A DNA stretch of 22,627 nt from Bdellovibrionota bacterium (GTDB taxonomy: Bacteria > Bdellovibrionota_C > UBA2361 > JBGSMV01), in the NCBI GenBank assembly GCA_044356455.1, contig JBIKWF010000067.1, positions 1 to 22,627 of the forward strand, written 5' to 3'. Of this stretch, positions 7,147-15,418 are shown one piece after another (positions within the stretch are counted from its first letter, which is position 1; every line of letters begins with the position of its first letter). Under the pieces are notes generated by a model that ran no database searches, was not told the DNA's origin, and worked only from the letters and a program-made list of their open reading frames with translations. The position numbers were made by a program, and so were the translations under genes.

Positions 7147-10100
7147 CTAAATCACTTCCTTGCGATGTTTGCGGTAAAGCTCCGCACGCGAAATCTTATT
7201 CACCGCAACGCGAAGGTCTGGGGCGTGTGGCGAGGCGCTCGGCTGCGCCGAGGGCTTCAGGGGCAAGCCTTGAGCTCGGCGATGAATGGGGACAGAGCGC
7301 ATACCTTTGGACGGAGGGCTTTGAATCTTTGCCACTTGGCCTTTTAGGCTTGCCTTCCGGCGAGGAATTTTTAGAGTTCGCACGGCTCCTTCAACCTTTT
7401 CATCCAATTCCTCTTCTCCCTCGGCTTTCAGGGCGTCCTCAGCAATTTGTATCATGAGTCGCCGAGCCGCGAGCTCAGCTTTTTGACGGGCGGCTTTCTT
7501 GCGCTTGAGGCGTTTCTGCCGAGCACTGGCGCGCGCAGAGTCCTCGCGCTCCTCGGCTTCTATCTGCTGCTCTCGCTCCTCTTCTTCTTGGATTCTAAGT
7601 GACTGTTCCTCGGCTTGGATTGTAGCCGCATGGTCACTTCTTGCGGCCGTCACCTTTAGTTCTTCACGTAAGGCTGTAATCCTCGCTGAATCTGCCTCAG
7701 TGGTAGCTGCAGAGCTTGCAACTGGGACTGCTGCTACTGATGTGAGAGCTTGAGTTGGGCGGTAGTTCTGAGCCCCCTGCTGCTGAACCCACTGCTCCTG
7801 AGCCGCGTGGTCGCGGCGAATTTCCGCAAGGAGGATGCGCACCTCGAGAGGTATCCTCTGTGTGGCTTCCGCCCCTGACATATAAATCTGGTGTGATACT
7901 CGTTCAACTGAGCGCGCGACCTCTATGGCTAAGGGGCGAGCTGTTGGTGCAAAGGTCTTTCCGCGCAAAAGCGCGTAGGGGTTTTGCTCTAATTCTAGGG
8001 TTCTTTGAGACGAGTCGATTCTGCTTAGCCTTGCTACTCGGCTCTGCTCCGAGTGGGCTCTCTGTGTTCGGGTGGGGGAAGCCACCTGAGCGGCTTTCGC
8101 CATGGCAATTTCGTGGGCACTTTCGATTCGGAGTTCCTGACCGGTGAGAGGCGCTTTCTGTTCTGCCCTTAGCTGTGGATCGCTTAAGGTGCGAGCCTCG
8201 GCTTGCGTAAGCGCTGGCGAAGCGAGAACGCTTGAAATTTTCTCGGGAGCGCCGAGAAAGTGTTGGTGAGCCCTTGTAGCTTCGGCGCTTAGCCGCTCCG
8301 CGGGTACTTCGGACAGTCTTGCGGAAGCAGGGTGCCTAATTGGCTCTATGCGAGGGGCCAGTGACTGCTGCAGCTCTAGACGATCTGCCCCAAATGCGGA
8401 GGGCATTTCTTGAGCTAAGGAATTCAGAGTGCTTGTCGCCTTTGCCTGCGCCAGACCTTTCGAGCGAAGGGGCACGTTTTGTTTTAGCGCTTCCTGAGTA
8501 TACTGACGGAGTACTTCAGCTTGAAGCTCCTCCATCCAGCGTCTTTGAGCGAGCACTGCTACTTGCACCTGCTCAAGCGCGGCTGCCTCTTGGCCCCGGA
8601 AGAACCTCACTCTCTCCAGCTCTTTCTCAGTTTCTGCAATCTTTCTCTGCAAGGTGTCACGGCCCAGCTCGCTTTGAGGGGTTGTCATCGAGATAGACTC
8701 AAGGGGGGGCGATTGCAAAGCACTATTAGGTGCATGTGCGGTGTAGCTATTCCCCGTGGCACCTAAAGCGTTTGGCTGCTGCGGCTCAAGGCTATTCGTA
8801 TGGTTTGGTCTTCGAAAATCTTCGAATTCGGGCTCGCGAGTAGACGAGACTGTCTCTTTCGAGCCTTTTACGCCAGTAGCTGATGGTGAGGCTGGCGCGA
8901 TGCCAGGGCTTACAGGCGGCGGTGCGGGAGGAACCCGTGGCCCTGGTTTTTGAGGGGCAACCGTTACGACAGGACCTGACGGTTCCCCCGCGTCCGGGGC
9001 TGGTGGAGCTGTTGGTGATGATAGCTCCGGGGGCAGAGGTGCAGGGGGAGCAAGCGCAGGGGGCGGAGGTGCTGGAGGCGGTGGTGCAATAGCAGTGCCT
9101 GTGCTGCTCGTCGCAGCGCCTGTGGCTCCATTCGGTGGAGGTTCTTGAGAGGGCTGAGCTGTTTGAGGTTTTGGCGAAGGCTTTCTGTCCTTTCCTTTTT
9201 TCTCTTCAGAGTTTTCCATCTCGGTGGGCTGGGGGCCTCGAGGAGAAGCTTGCGGGGATTGAGAAGTTTCCTCTGACTTCTTTTTTTTCTGATCATCTGA
9301 AGTAAAGAGAGCAGTGATTCCCTTGCGGAACGGGATCGCGACACCAAGGGGAGTCGCCGCGACTCCAGAGACTGCGCCTGCAGGAGTGACAACGGGAATA
9401 AACGTCTTGGTAAGGGGAACAAGATTTGAACCTTGCAGGAGCTTTTTGAGGGCTTTTGCTGAAATGGTAAGACCTCTTTTGAGAACAATTTTCTTACCTT
9501 CTTTGTCCGTAAAAATGAAGTCAGATAGGATCTGCTTTATTTCCAATGCTATGTTTGTTTCAAGGCCTTTCTTGGCGCGCTGTGCCCAGAAGCGCGCGAA
9601 TCCCTTGCCCGCTTGATTCCCGCCGTAGGCTCCAAGAAAATCAGAGCCTACTTGCAGAGCTGAGTCGATGATAGCGGATTTCACATCCTTGTTACCGTAG
9701 TGCACATCAAGCGTGCCTTGCACGATGGTGCCAGGGGTAGCGGCGGCAGTCACGAGGAGTGCAGCTTGCCAGGCCGGGAGCGCTGCGGGTGCTGCGATAA
9801 TTGCACCTCCCGTCGCAAATACCACTGCAGCACCTCCGACTATAATGACGCCGGTGCGAGCTACTTTGAGCCCCGTTTCCCAGTGGTCAATCGACGACAA
9901 GGAGGAGTCAAGGTCTTTCATGACAGCCTTGGTCTCACTCTGGTAGCGAGTGAGGTCGGGCATAGACTTGGAGCGAGGGCTGTTCATTATCTCAGCCATG
10001 CTGACAAGACTCTTATTCGCGCGCTGAGCGGCATCGAGAGCTGCTTGCTGTCGTCCAAAGGCAAGTGCAGCAAGAACTGCGTCTTCCTCTTCTTTTGCTC

Positions 10101-12666
10101 TTTTCGCAGCAGCTTTTACCTCTTCGCGTGCGAGAAGGATTTGCCGCTCCTGTGCCTTGTACTCGTTCGCAAGCAGCCTGCTATTCTCAGCATCGCGAGT
10201 CGCAGCCGAGGTAACTCCTGTTACCCAGCACCATCCGCGTGTGAGCGCATCTTGCTCTTCAATGGGAGCAAGCGCGCTTGCTTGGTTCAACTCAGCTCCC
10301 CTACGTAGCTTTCGATTTTGTTCTAAGCGCCTTTCGAGCAGCTCTTCGGCTTCCTTGCGAAGGGCTTCACTTTGAGCCCGCTGCCTAAGAAAGGCTGCCG
10401 CTTCCTCAATCTGGTTTTTGGGCTGAGGGCCGTTCTCAAGCAGTGAGATGGCAAGTTCGGCGAGTGTGGCGTCTCCCTTTGCAGCTTCGGCAACGCGGGA
10501 CATGATTTCTGAACGCTTTTCTGGGAGCGCTAACTTACGAAGGAGTGCAAGACGCTGCTCGGGAGTTATTTGACTCAGCGCTTCATTGAGAAGCACAAGA
10601 TCTACAGACTCTCCCGCGAGGCCAAGAGCGCTCTCAATCGCTGATTCGGCGTGCGCCTCTTCAGGGGAGCCAAGAAGCAGCTTTGCGTGAGATAGTTCCT
10701 GAGGACTGCTGTCCTTCGCTGCGAGTTCTGTAAGCAGCTTCTTTTGATAGCGCTCTTCGTAGGCGAGAACAACAGCTGCACGAGTTTGTGCGTCCATAGA
10801 GGAGAGTAACTTAAGCGCATCGGACCTTTGAGTGGAGCTGAGAAGCTGCTGCACGACAATTGCGCTACAGACATTTGGCTGGTGAGTTTTTGTTGCTTCT
10901 GCAAAGGCCTGAAGCTCAGTTCCTCCCAGAGTTTCAAGTTGCTTCGAAAGTGCGACACCGGTCGCATCTACATGAGCTTCGAATGCCTTGAGAAGATCAG
11001 GGGGCAGGGTATAAATCCTTGCTGCAAGTGCAAAGCGTTCAGGCGTACTAAGTGTCTCCGCGTTCTGAAGGGCGGCTTCAAGTTCAAGAAGCTCCTTGGA
11101 CGCGGAAGCGATTGCTATCTCTTGCACCCGAGATTCAAAAGTTTGGTGAAGACGCTTGAGCGCTTCACTAAGAGGGCCCTCCGCTTCGAGAAGAGCTTCG
11201 GTTGCGGCGAGAAGAAATTGCTCTTTTAAATACCCATCAGGGATTTGGTTAATATCAGACTCAAACGCGGCGCTTGCTTGCTCGCTTGCCTGGTGGCTAA
11301 GGTCGCTTAGTCGCGAAAATTCCTTTGCATTTCGGAGCACAAACTCAGGGTCTAACTTCACCCCGCTTGCAAGGGAAATGGCTTTGAGGTGTTCAGAAGC
11401 TTCTTGCTTTCCGGCGCGTGAGGCGAGGAGCGCCGGATCAAATTCATCTGTTTGAATTGATGCTGATTCCAAAGCCGAAAGGTGTTTGTGAAGAATTTTT
11501 AGCATGCCGCTTTTCACGGCTGCTTCACTGAGCTGGGACTCCTGGGCGGCAAGAACGGGGCGGTCGAGGGTCTCGTGAGAAGCCGCTCGTAGCTGCGCAG
11601 CTTTTTTATGCACTACGTGCGTGAGCTTACCCTCGTGGACTTGGCTTCTTGCCTCGGCAGAGAAGGCCGCTTGGACAATGGTAAGTTCTGCTTGAAACAG
11701 TTCATCGTCTCGGACGGCGCCTTCGCTTTTAAGGGTCAGGCTTTTTGACATGAGAAGGTCGGTGACTGTGGACCCCGTGAGTTCACTGATTTCTCGCTCA
11801 AACGCTTCGAAGGTCTGAGGATTTGGGAAGAACGCAACTACGTCGGCGAGGGAATCCGCGTTCTCAAGACGCCGAAGGAACTGAAGTGCCTCAATGCGCG
11901 GCTCTGATTCAAGAAGAAGGGCGTGTACGAGAGAAAGTTCCTGGGGGGTGTGAGACTTGTGAAGCTCAGAGAGAATGTCTCGCCCAGTGATTTTCTGAAT
12001 TTCAACGAAGACCTCAATGGTATGCGGCTCCTTGGCATCGCGAAGTCGCGCAAGTCTTAGGGCAAGCAGCGTTCGCTCAAGATCTGCTACCCCTGATTCT
12101 CCCTCGCTCTTTGAGGGACCTGCTCGCTTCGAAGCGAGGTGCTCTTCCAATATAACTTCGGCCCAGGCTCCTTTGCGCTTGGCGCCTAGAGATACATTTC
12201 CCTGAGCTCTTGTCCCGATTTCAAGAAGTGCTTCGCGAATAATGTCGCGGCGCTGAGGGATACTTTCTCCACGAGGACCGAATGATAATGCAAAGAGAGA
12301 AGCACGGAGAGGTTTCCCGGTGAGCCGTTCGAACTCTTCCTCCAGATCTGGTGAGCTGCTCGCTGACTCTTTAAGGAGCAAGGTGATTGTGCGCAGGTGC
12401 TGATCAAAAGATTCTCGGTGTGTACTCGTACGAGCTGCCTCTAGCTTACTCACCAAATTCTTGGCAGCAGTTCTGATTTGCTCTGGTGCCGAAACGGCGG
12501 AAAGTTTTCCTGCTTCGGAGATGCCGCGGGCAAGTTCCGCGCGTGAGTTACTTTGGCCGGTGGATAACTGCGCGACAGAGGAGGGGGAGATAGATTTCTC
12601 GCGAGGCGCCATAGGACGCGATTGCCCGCCAATCTCTGAACCGTTCTTCGGTAGCTCAGGAGCCAT
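7147..12666 (-). CDS. Giant hypothetical protein (about 1839 aa): helical/annexin-like repeats, coiled coil, hydrophobic hairpin, Pro-rich linker, charged C-terminus
   Basis: Uninterrupted 5.5-kb ORF. ATG at 12666 is preceded by GAGGA; the ORF is open to 12696. Confidence 0.9.
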   Translation of the reverse strand: MAPELPKNGSEIGGQSRPMAPREKSISPSSVAQLSTGQSNSRAELARGISEAGKLSAVSAPEQIRTAAKNLVSKLEAARTSTHRESFDQHLRTITLLLKESASSSPDLEEEFERLTGKPLRASLFALSFGPRGESIPQRRDIIREALLEIGTRAQGNVSLGAKRKGAWAEVILEEHLASKRAGPSKSEGESGVADLERTLLALRLARLRDAKEPHTIEVFVEIQKITGRDILSELHKSHTPQELSLVHALLLESEPRIEALQFLRRLENADSLADVVAFFPNPQTFEAFEREISELTGSTVTDLLMSKSLTLKSEGAVRDDELFQAELTIVQAAFSAEARSQVHEGKLTHVVHKKAAQLRAASHETLDRPVLAAQESQLSEAAVKSGMLKILHKHLSALESASIQTDEFDPALLASRAGKQEASEHLKAISLASGVKLDPEFVLRNAKEFSRLSDLSHQASEQASAAFESDINQIPDGYLKEQFLLAATEALLEAEGPLSEALKRLHQTFESRVQEIAIASASKELLELEAALQNAETLSTPERFALAARIYTLPPDLLKAFEAHVDATGVALSKQLETLGGTELQAFAEATKTHQPNVCSAIVVQQLLSSTQRSDALKLLSSMDAQTRAAVVLAYEERYQKKLLTELAAKDSSPQELSHAKLLLGSPEEAHAESAIESALGLAGESVDLVLLNEALSQITPEQRLALLRKLALPEKRSEIMSRVAEAAKGDATLAELAISLLENGPQPKNQIEEAAAFLRQRAQSEALRKEAEELLERRLEQNRKLRRGAELNQASALAPIEEQDALTRGWCWVTGVTSAATRDAENSRLLANEYKAQERQILLAREEVKAAAKRAKEEEDAVLAALAFGRQQAALDAAQRANKSLVSMAEIMNSPRSKSMPDLTRYQSETKAVMKDLDSSLSSIDHWETGLKVARTGVIIVGGAAVVFATGGAIIAAPAALPAWQAALLVTAAATPGTIVQGTLDVHYGNKDVKSAIIDSALQVGSDFLGAYGGNQAGKGFARFWAQRAKKGLETNIALEIKQILSDFIFTDKEGKKIVLKRGLTISAKALKKLLQGSNLVPLTKTFIPVVTPAGAVSGVAATPLGVAIPFRKGITALFTSDDQKKKKSEETSQSPQASPRGPQPTEMENSEEKKGKDRKPSPKPQTAQPSQEPPPNGATGAATSSTGTAIAPPPPAPPPPALAPPAPLPPELSSPTAPPAPDAGEPSGPVVTVAPQKPGPRVPPAPPPVSPGIAPASPSATGVKGSKETVSSTREPEFEDFRRPNHTNSLEPQQPNALGATGNSYTAHAPNSALQSPPLESISMTTPQSELGRDTLQRKIAETEKELERVRFFRGQEAAALEQVQVAVLAQRRWMEELQAEVLRQYTQEALKQNVPLRSKGLAQAKATSTLNSLAQEMPSAFGADRLELQQSLAPRIEPIRHPASARLSEVPAERLSAEATRAHQHFLGAPEKISSVLASPALTQAEARTLSDPQLRAEQKAPLTGQELRIESAHEIAMAKAAQVASPTRTQRAHSEQSRVARLSRIDSSQRTLELEQNPYALLRGKTFAPTARPLAIEVARSVERVSHQIYMSGAEATQRIPLEVRILLAEIRRDHAAQEQWVQQQGAQNYRPTQALTSVAAVPVASSAATTEADSARITALREELKVTAARSDHAATIQAEEQSLRIQEEEEREQQIEAEEREDSARASARQKRLKRKKAARQKAELAARRLMIQIAEDALKAEGEEELDEKVEGAVRTLKIPRRKASLKGQVAKIQSPPSKGMRSVPIHRRAQGLPLKPSAQPSASPHAPDLRVAVNKISRAELYRKHRKEVI

Positions 12667-12773
12667 GGTTCCTCGCAAAAAAAGGATGCTCCTCACGCGA
12701 TGAGGTGGGGCGCACGTAACCTTACCAAGAGGTTATGGAGGATCTTATTAGAGGGGCCGCATTCGCGAGGTAA

Positions 12774-13355
12774 CTATTTAAGAATATTGCTTTTTATGTG
12801 AGGCAGGGGATTCTTCCTTGGCGCGGGGGTGGGGGCCGTAGGAGCGTGGGTAGCGGAAGCGCCTGGGGGGACAATCACTTTATTGCTACGCACTATATAG
12901 GTGTCGCGATGCTCGATAATTGTCACGTTAACGGGCTGGGGAGGTGCTGTTGGCGGAATTTGAGCCCGCTCCCTACTTGCACGTTCTATCTTTCGGTCGA
13001 GCTCTGCACTCGCGTCTGCAGCAGCGGACTTGCAGTCTGCCACTGGCGAGTCTAGGGGCGCGCAGCGCTCAAGTACGGGAAGTACCGAGAAGGAGATATC
13101 GTAGGAGCGTTTTGCGCTCAGCACTTTTGCGTCCAGATCAGAAATAATACGCCTTCTTTCTAGGCGGGCTGCGTCGGAGGTCACGCTAAGGTTGCCTTCC
13201 TGAGAGCTCGTGCTGCTCACGGATGAAAGACTAGAGGCAGATTGGGCTGCAGCGCTCTGACCTAAAGCAACTTGTACGCTCGCAGCGGGCAAAACAGGCG
13301 TAAAGAAAAGCACGAGGGTGCGAGCTGCAAGACTGGTTAGTTTTATGTGTGTCAT
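12774..13355 (-). CDS. Putative exported hypothetical protein
   Basis: 193 aa with ATG start, signal-peptide-like N-terminus, Ser-rich linker, two Cys and a Pro-rich tail. Confidence 0.7.
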   Translation of the reverse strand: MTHIKLTSLAARTLVLFFTPVLPAASVQVALGQSAAAQSASSLSSVSSTSSQEGNLSVTSDAARLERRRIISDLDAKVLSAKRSYDISFSVLPVLERCAPLDSPVADCKSAAADASAELDRKIERASRERAQIPPTAPPQPVNVTIIEHRDTYIVRSNKVIVPPGASATHAPTAPTPAPRKNPLPHIKSNILK

Positions 13356-13436
13356 GGCTCTGCCCCGACTTTTAGGTCTGCTTTTTTGGGTAGCGTGGTG
13401 AGTTGCAAGTTCTCTAAAGAACTGTAAGGCAATTTT

Positions 13437-13483
13437 AACGCGAAGGACACGAAGATAACCAGTCGAATTCCTTCGCGACCTTG
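13437..13483. repeat. Degenerate periodic repeat (GAAG variant)
   Basis: AACGCGAAGGACACGAAGA at 13437-13455, with a partial complement CCTTCGCG near 13470. Confidence 0.5.
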
Positions 13484-13530
13484 AGTCATTTCAAGGGACG
13501 GAGAAGGGCAGCTTTGTCGTTAAAAAAAAT

Positions 13531-13872
13531 TTGGAAATTCTTCGTACGTTTCTAAGGCACTTTAATGACTGGAATGTCACTGAATTTATTCCGCGCAGGA
13601 ATGCCGATGCAGCCCTTGGCATTGAGTCTCAGCTAACTCAAAACAGCGCGGAAATCTGTCCCGCGGTAATAGGAGTCCTACACACCATCGCTCGCGAATA
13701 TATTGGCTATGATAGCCTTGGTGAAGCGCTTGCAAGAAGGGGCATCAGCTCTGTGGTGCTCGACTATGCTCCGATTAGTTTTGAGGGATTGGCGCGGGTT
13801 GAGCCTAAGCCAACTAATTCGAAGCAAGATGAGGGCCGGGGTTCTGAGTTTTCGCCGCCTCCCCGAAAGTAA
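13531..13872 (+). CDS. Hypothetical protein or 5'-truncated gene remnant
   Basis: TTG start with no clear RBS. The frame stays open upstream to 13459, next to a repeat arm, and the stop abuts a MITE. Confidence 0.4.
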   Translation: MEILRTFLRHFNDWNVTEFIPRRNADAALGIESQLTQNSAEICPAVIGVLHTIAREYIGYDSLGEALARRGISSVVLDYAPISFEGLARVEPKPTNSKQDEGRGSEFSPPPRK

Positions 13873-13877
13873 GCTAA

Positions 13878-14007
13878 GGAAGCTCTGAAAAAATCTGCTC
13901 TGTGAACTCTGTGCCCTCTGTGGTTGATTTAAATTGTTGAAAAACCACAGAGGGCACAGAGAACACGGAGGGAAAGAAATAAAATATCTAGGTTTTTCAG
14001 AGGTTCC
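13878..14007. mobile_element. 130-bp MITE with IS5-subgroup-like ends, full form
   Basis: TIRs GGAAGCTCTGAAAAA / TTTTTCAGAGGTTCC (14/15), CTAA direct repeats at 13874-13877 and 14008-14011, and an internal 28-bp inverted repeat at 13898-13925/13943-13970 (25/28). Confidence 0.9.
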
Positions 14008-14213
14008 CTAAGTGATAGGAGCCGCTTGAACTAAAGCCAGACATCCCAGCTCTCGGCGCGAAGGCTGGGGAAAGTGGGTATCCTTGAGGCATACGCTAGT
14101 GTTTCGGGGCATTTCGGACCGGTGCCACGGGGCTTAAGTCAGTTCGCGGTAATGCTAGCGGGTTCATAATCCCACACTTTACATACCTCGGATTTTTGAT
14201 GATAATTCGAAGT

Positions 14214-15374
14214 ATGCTGCGACGAATTCTTAACCCATTGAAATCAAGTAGTTTTTTGCTGTTCGGTGCGCGCGGCGTGGGGAAAAGTACGCTTGTCGAC
14301 GCTCTCTTCAAGGATGACCGAGTTCTTTCCATCGACCTGTTAGATCCCGTGCAGTTCGAGCAAGCAACCTTGGGAACTTCTGAGTTGATGGCCCGAATTG
14401 AAGCATGGGCACAGCAGGGCGAGAAGTGGGTATTGATCGACGAAGTTCAAAAGGCCCCTAAGCTTCTTGATGTTGCCCAGAAATTCATTGATAAGCGACA
14501 ACTTAAATTTGTTCTCACTGGCTCAAGTGCTCGCAAGTTGAAGCGTGGCGGAGCCAATCTTCTTGCCGGCCGAGCCTATAGTTACAGTTTGTACCCTCTG
14601 CTCGCAGCGGAGCTCGGCGCAACCTTTCATCTTGATAGCTATCTTAGTTTTGGGGGGTTGCCTCGGGTTTGGGGCATTGAGTCAGCGGAGGAAAAAGCAC
14701 TGTTCTTGCGAAGCTATGTAAGCACCTATCTCAAGGAGGAGATAGCGGAGGAGCAGATAGTAAGAAAGCTAGAGCCATTTGCGAAGTTTCTGCAGGTTGC
14801 GGCACAGTCAAGCGGGAAGATAGTTAACTTTGCAAACATCGCCGGCGACGTTGGTGTATCAGATCACACGGTAAAGACTTATTTCCAGATTCTTGAGGAT
14901 ACATTGCTGGGTCATCTCCTGCCTGCTTTTGGAGAATCTGTTCGTAAGGTTCAGGGTCAGTCGCCTAAGTTTTACTTTTTTGATCCAGGGGTTCTCCGCG
15001 CTCTTCTCAGGCAGGTGGACCAACCTCTCACGGACCAGAACTACAATTATGGGAACCTCTTTGAGCATTTTGTAATCAATGAACTGAAGCGTAGCGCAGA
15101 GTATAAAATGCGTGACTATCAATTCTCTTTTTTCCGCACCTCAAACGATAGAGAGATCGATCTGATTATTGACCGCCCAGGCCATCCCCGCGCTGTTATT
15201 GAGATTAAGTCCTCCGCATCTCTTAGGGCCGATGATGTTAATGTACTCAGAACCCTTGGTGCCGAGATTCCAAACTCTAGCATTTATTGCCTCTCTCGAG
15301 ATCCACAACGCAAGCGATTCGGCGAAGTAGATGCTTATCCGTGGCAAGAGGGCATAGCAGAAATAATTAGGTAA
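14214..15374 (+). CDS. AAA+ ATPase (AAA_14) with DUF4143 C-terminal domain (COG1373 type)
   Basis: Walker A GARGVGKS, Walker B LIDEVQK, TGSS, LAGR, GGLP, PKFYFFDPG, LFEHFV, and EIDLII...VIEIK (PD-(D/E)xK-like). Start placed at ATG 14214; the ORF is open from 14196. Confidence 0.93.
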   Translation: MLRRILNPLKSSSFLLFGARGVGKSTLVDALFKDDRVLSIDLLDPVQFEQATLGTSELMARIEAWAQQGEKWVLIDEVQKAPKLLDVAQKFIDKRQLKFVLTGSSARKLKRGGANLLAGRAYSYSLYPLLAAELGATFHLDSYLSFGGLPRVWGIESAEEKALFLRSYVSTYLKEEIAEEQIVRKLEPFAKFLQVAAQSSGKIVNFANIAGDVGVSDHTVKTYFQILEDTLLGHLLPAFGESVRKVQGQSPKFYFFDPGVLRALLRQVDQPLTDQNYNYGNLFEHFVINELKRSAEYKMRDYQFSFFRTSNDREIDLIIDRPGHPRAVIEIKSSASLRADDVNVLRTLGAEIPNSSIYCLSRDPQRKRFGEVDAYPWQEGIAEIIR

Positions 15375-15418
15375 TTTGTTCTGCGTTTTGCGATCAACCT
15401 CGCGGCAGCTTCGAGGGA

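Noticed and set aside
7147..12666. Giant ORF as a phage tape-measure protein (prophage)
   Set aside because: There are no neighbouring phage structural, integrase or terminase genes.
7123..12703. Many short ORFs antisense to or in alternate frames of the giant gene (e.g. 9700-10308 +)
   Set aside because: They are shadow ORFs of a long coding sequence with no recognisable motifs.
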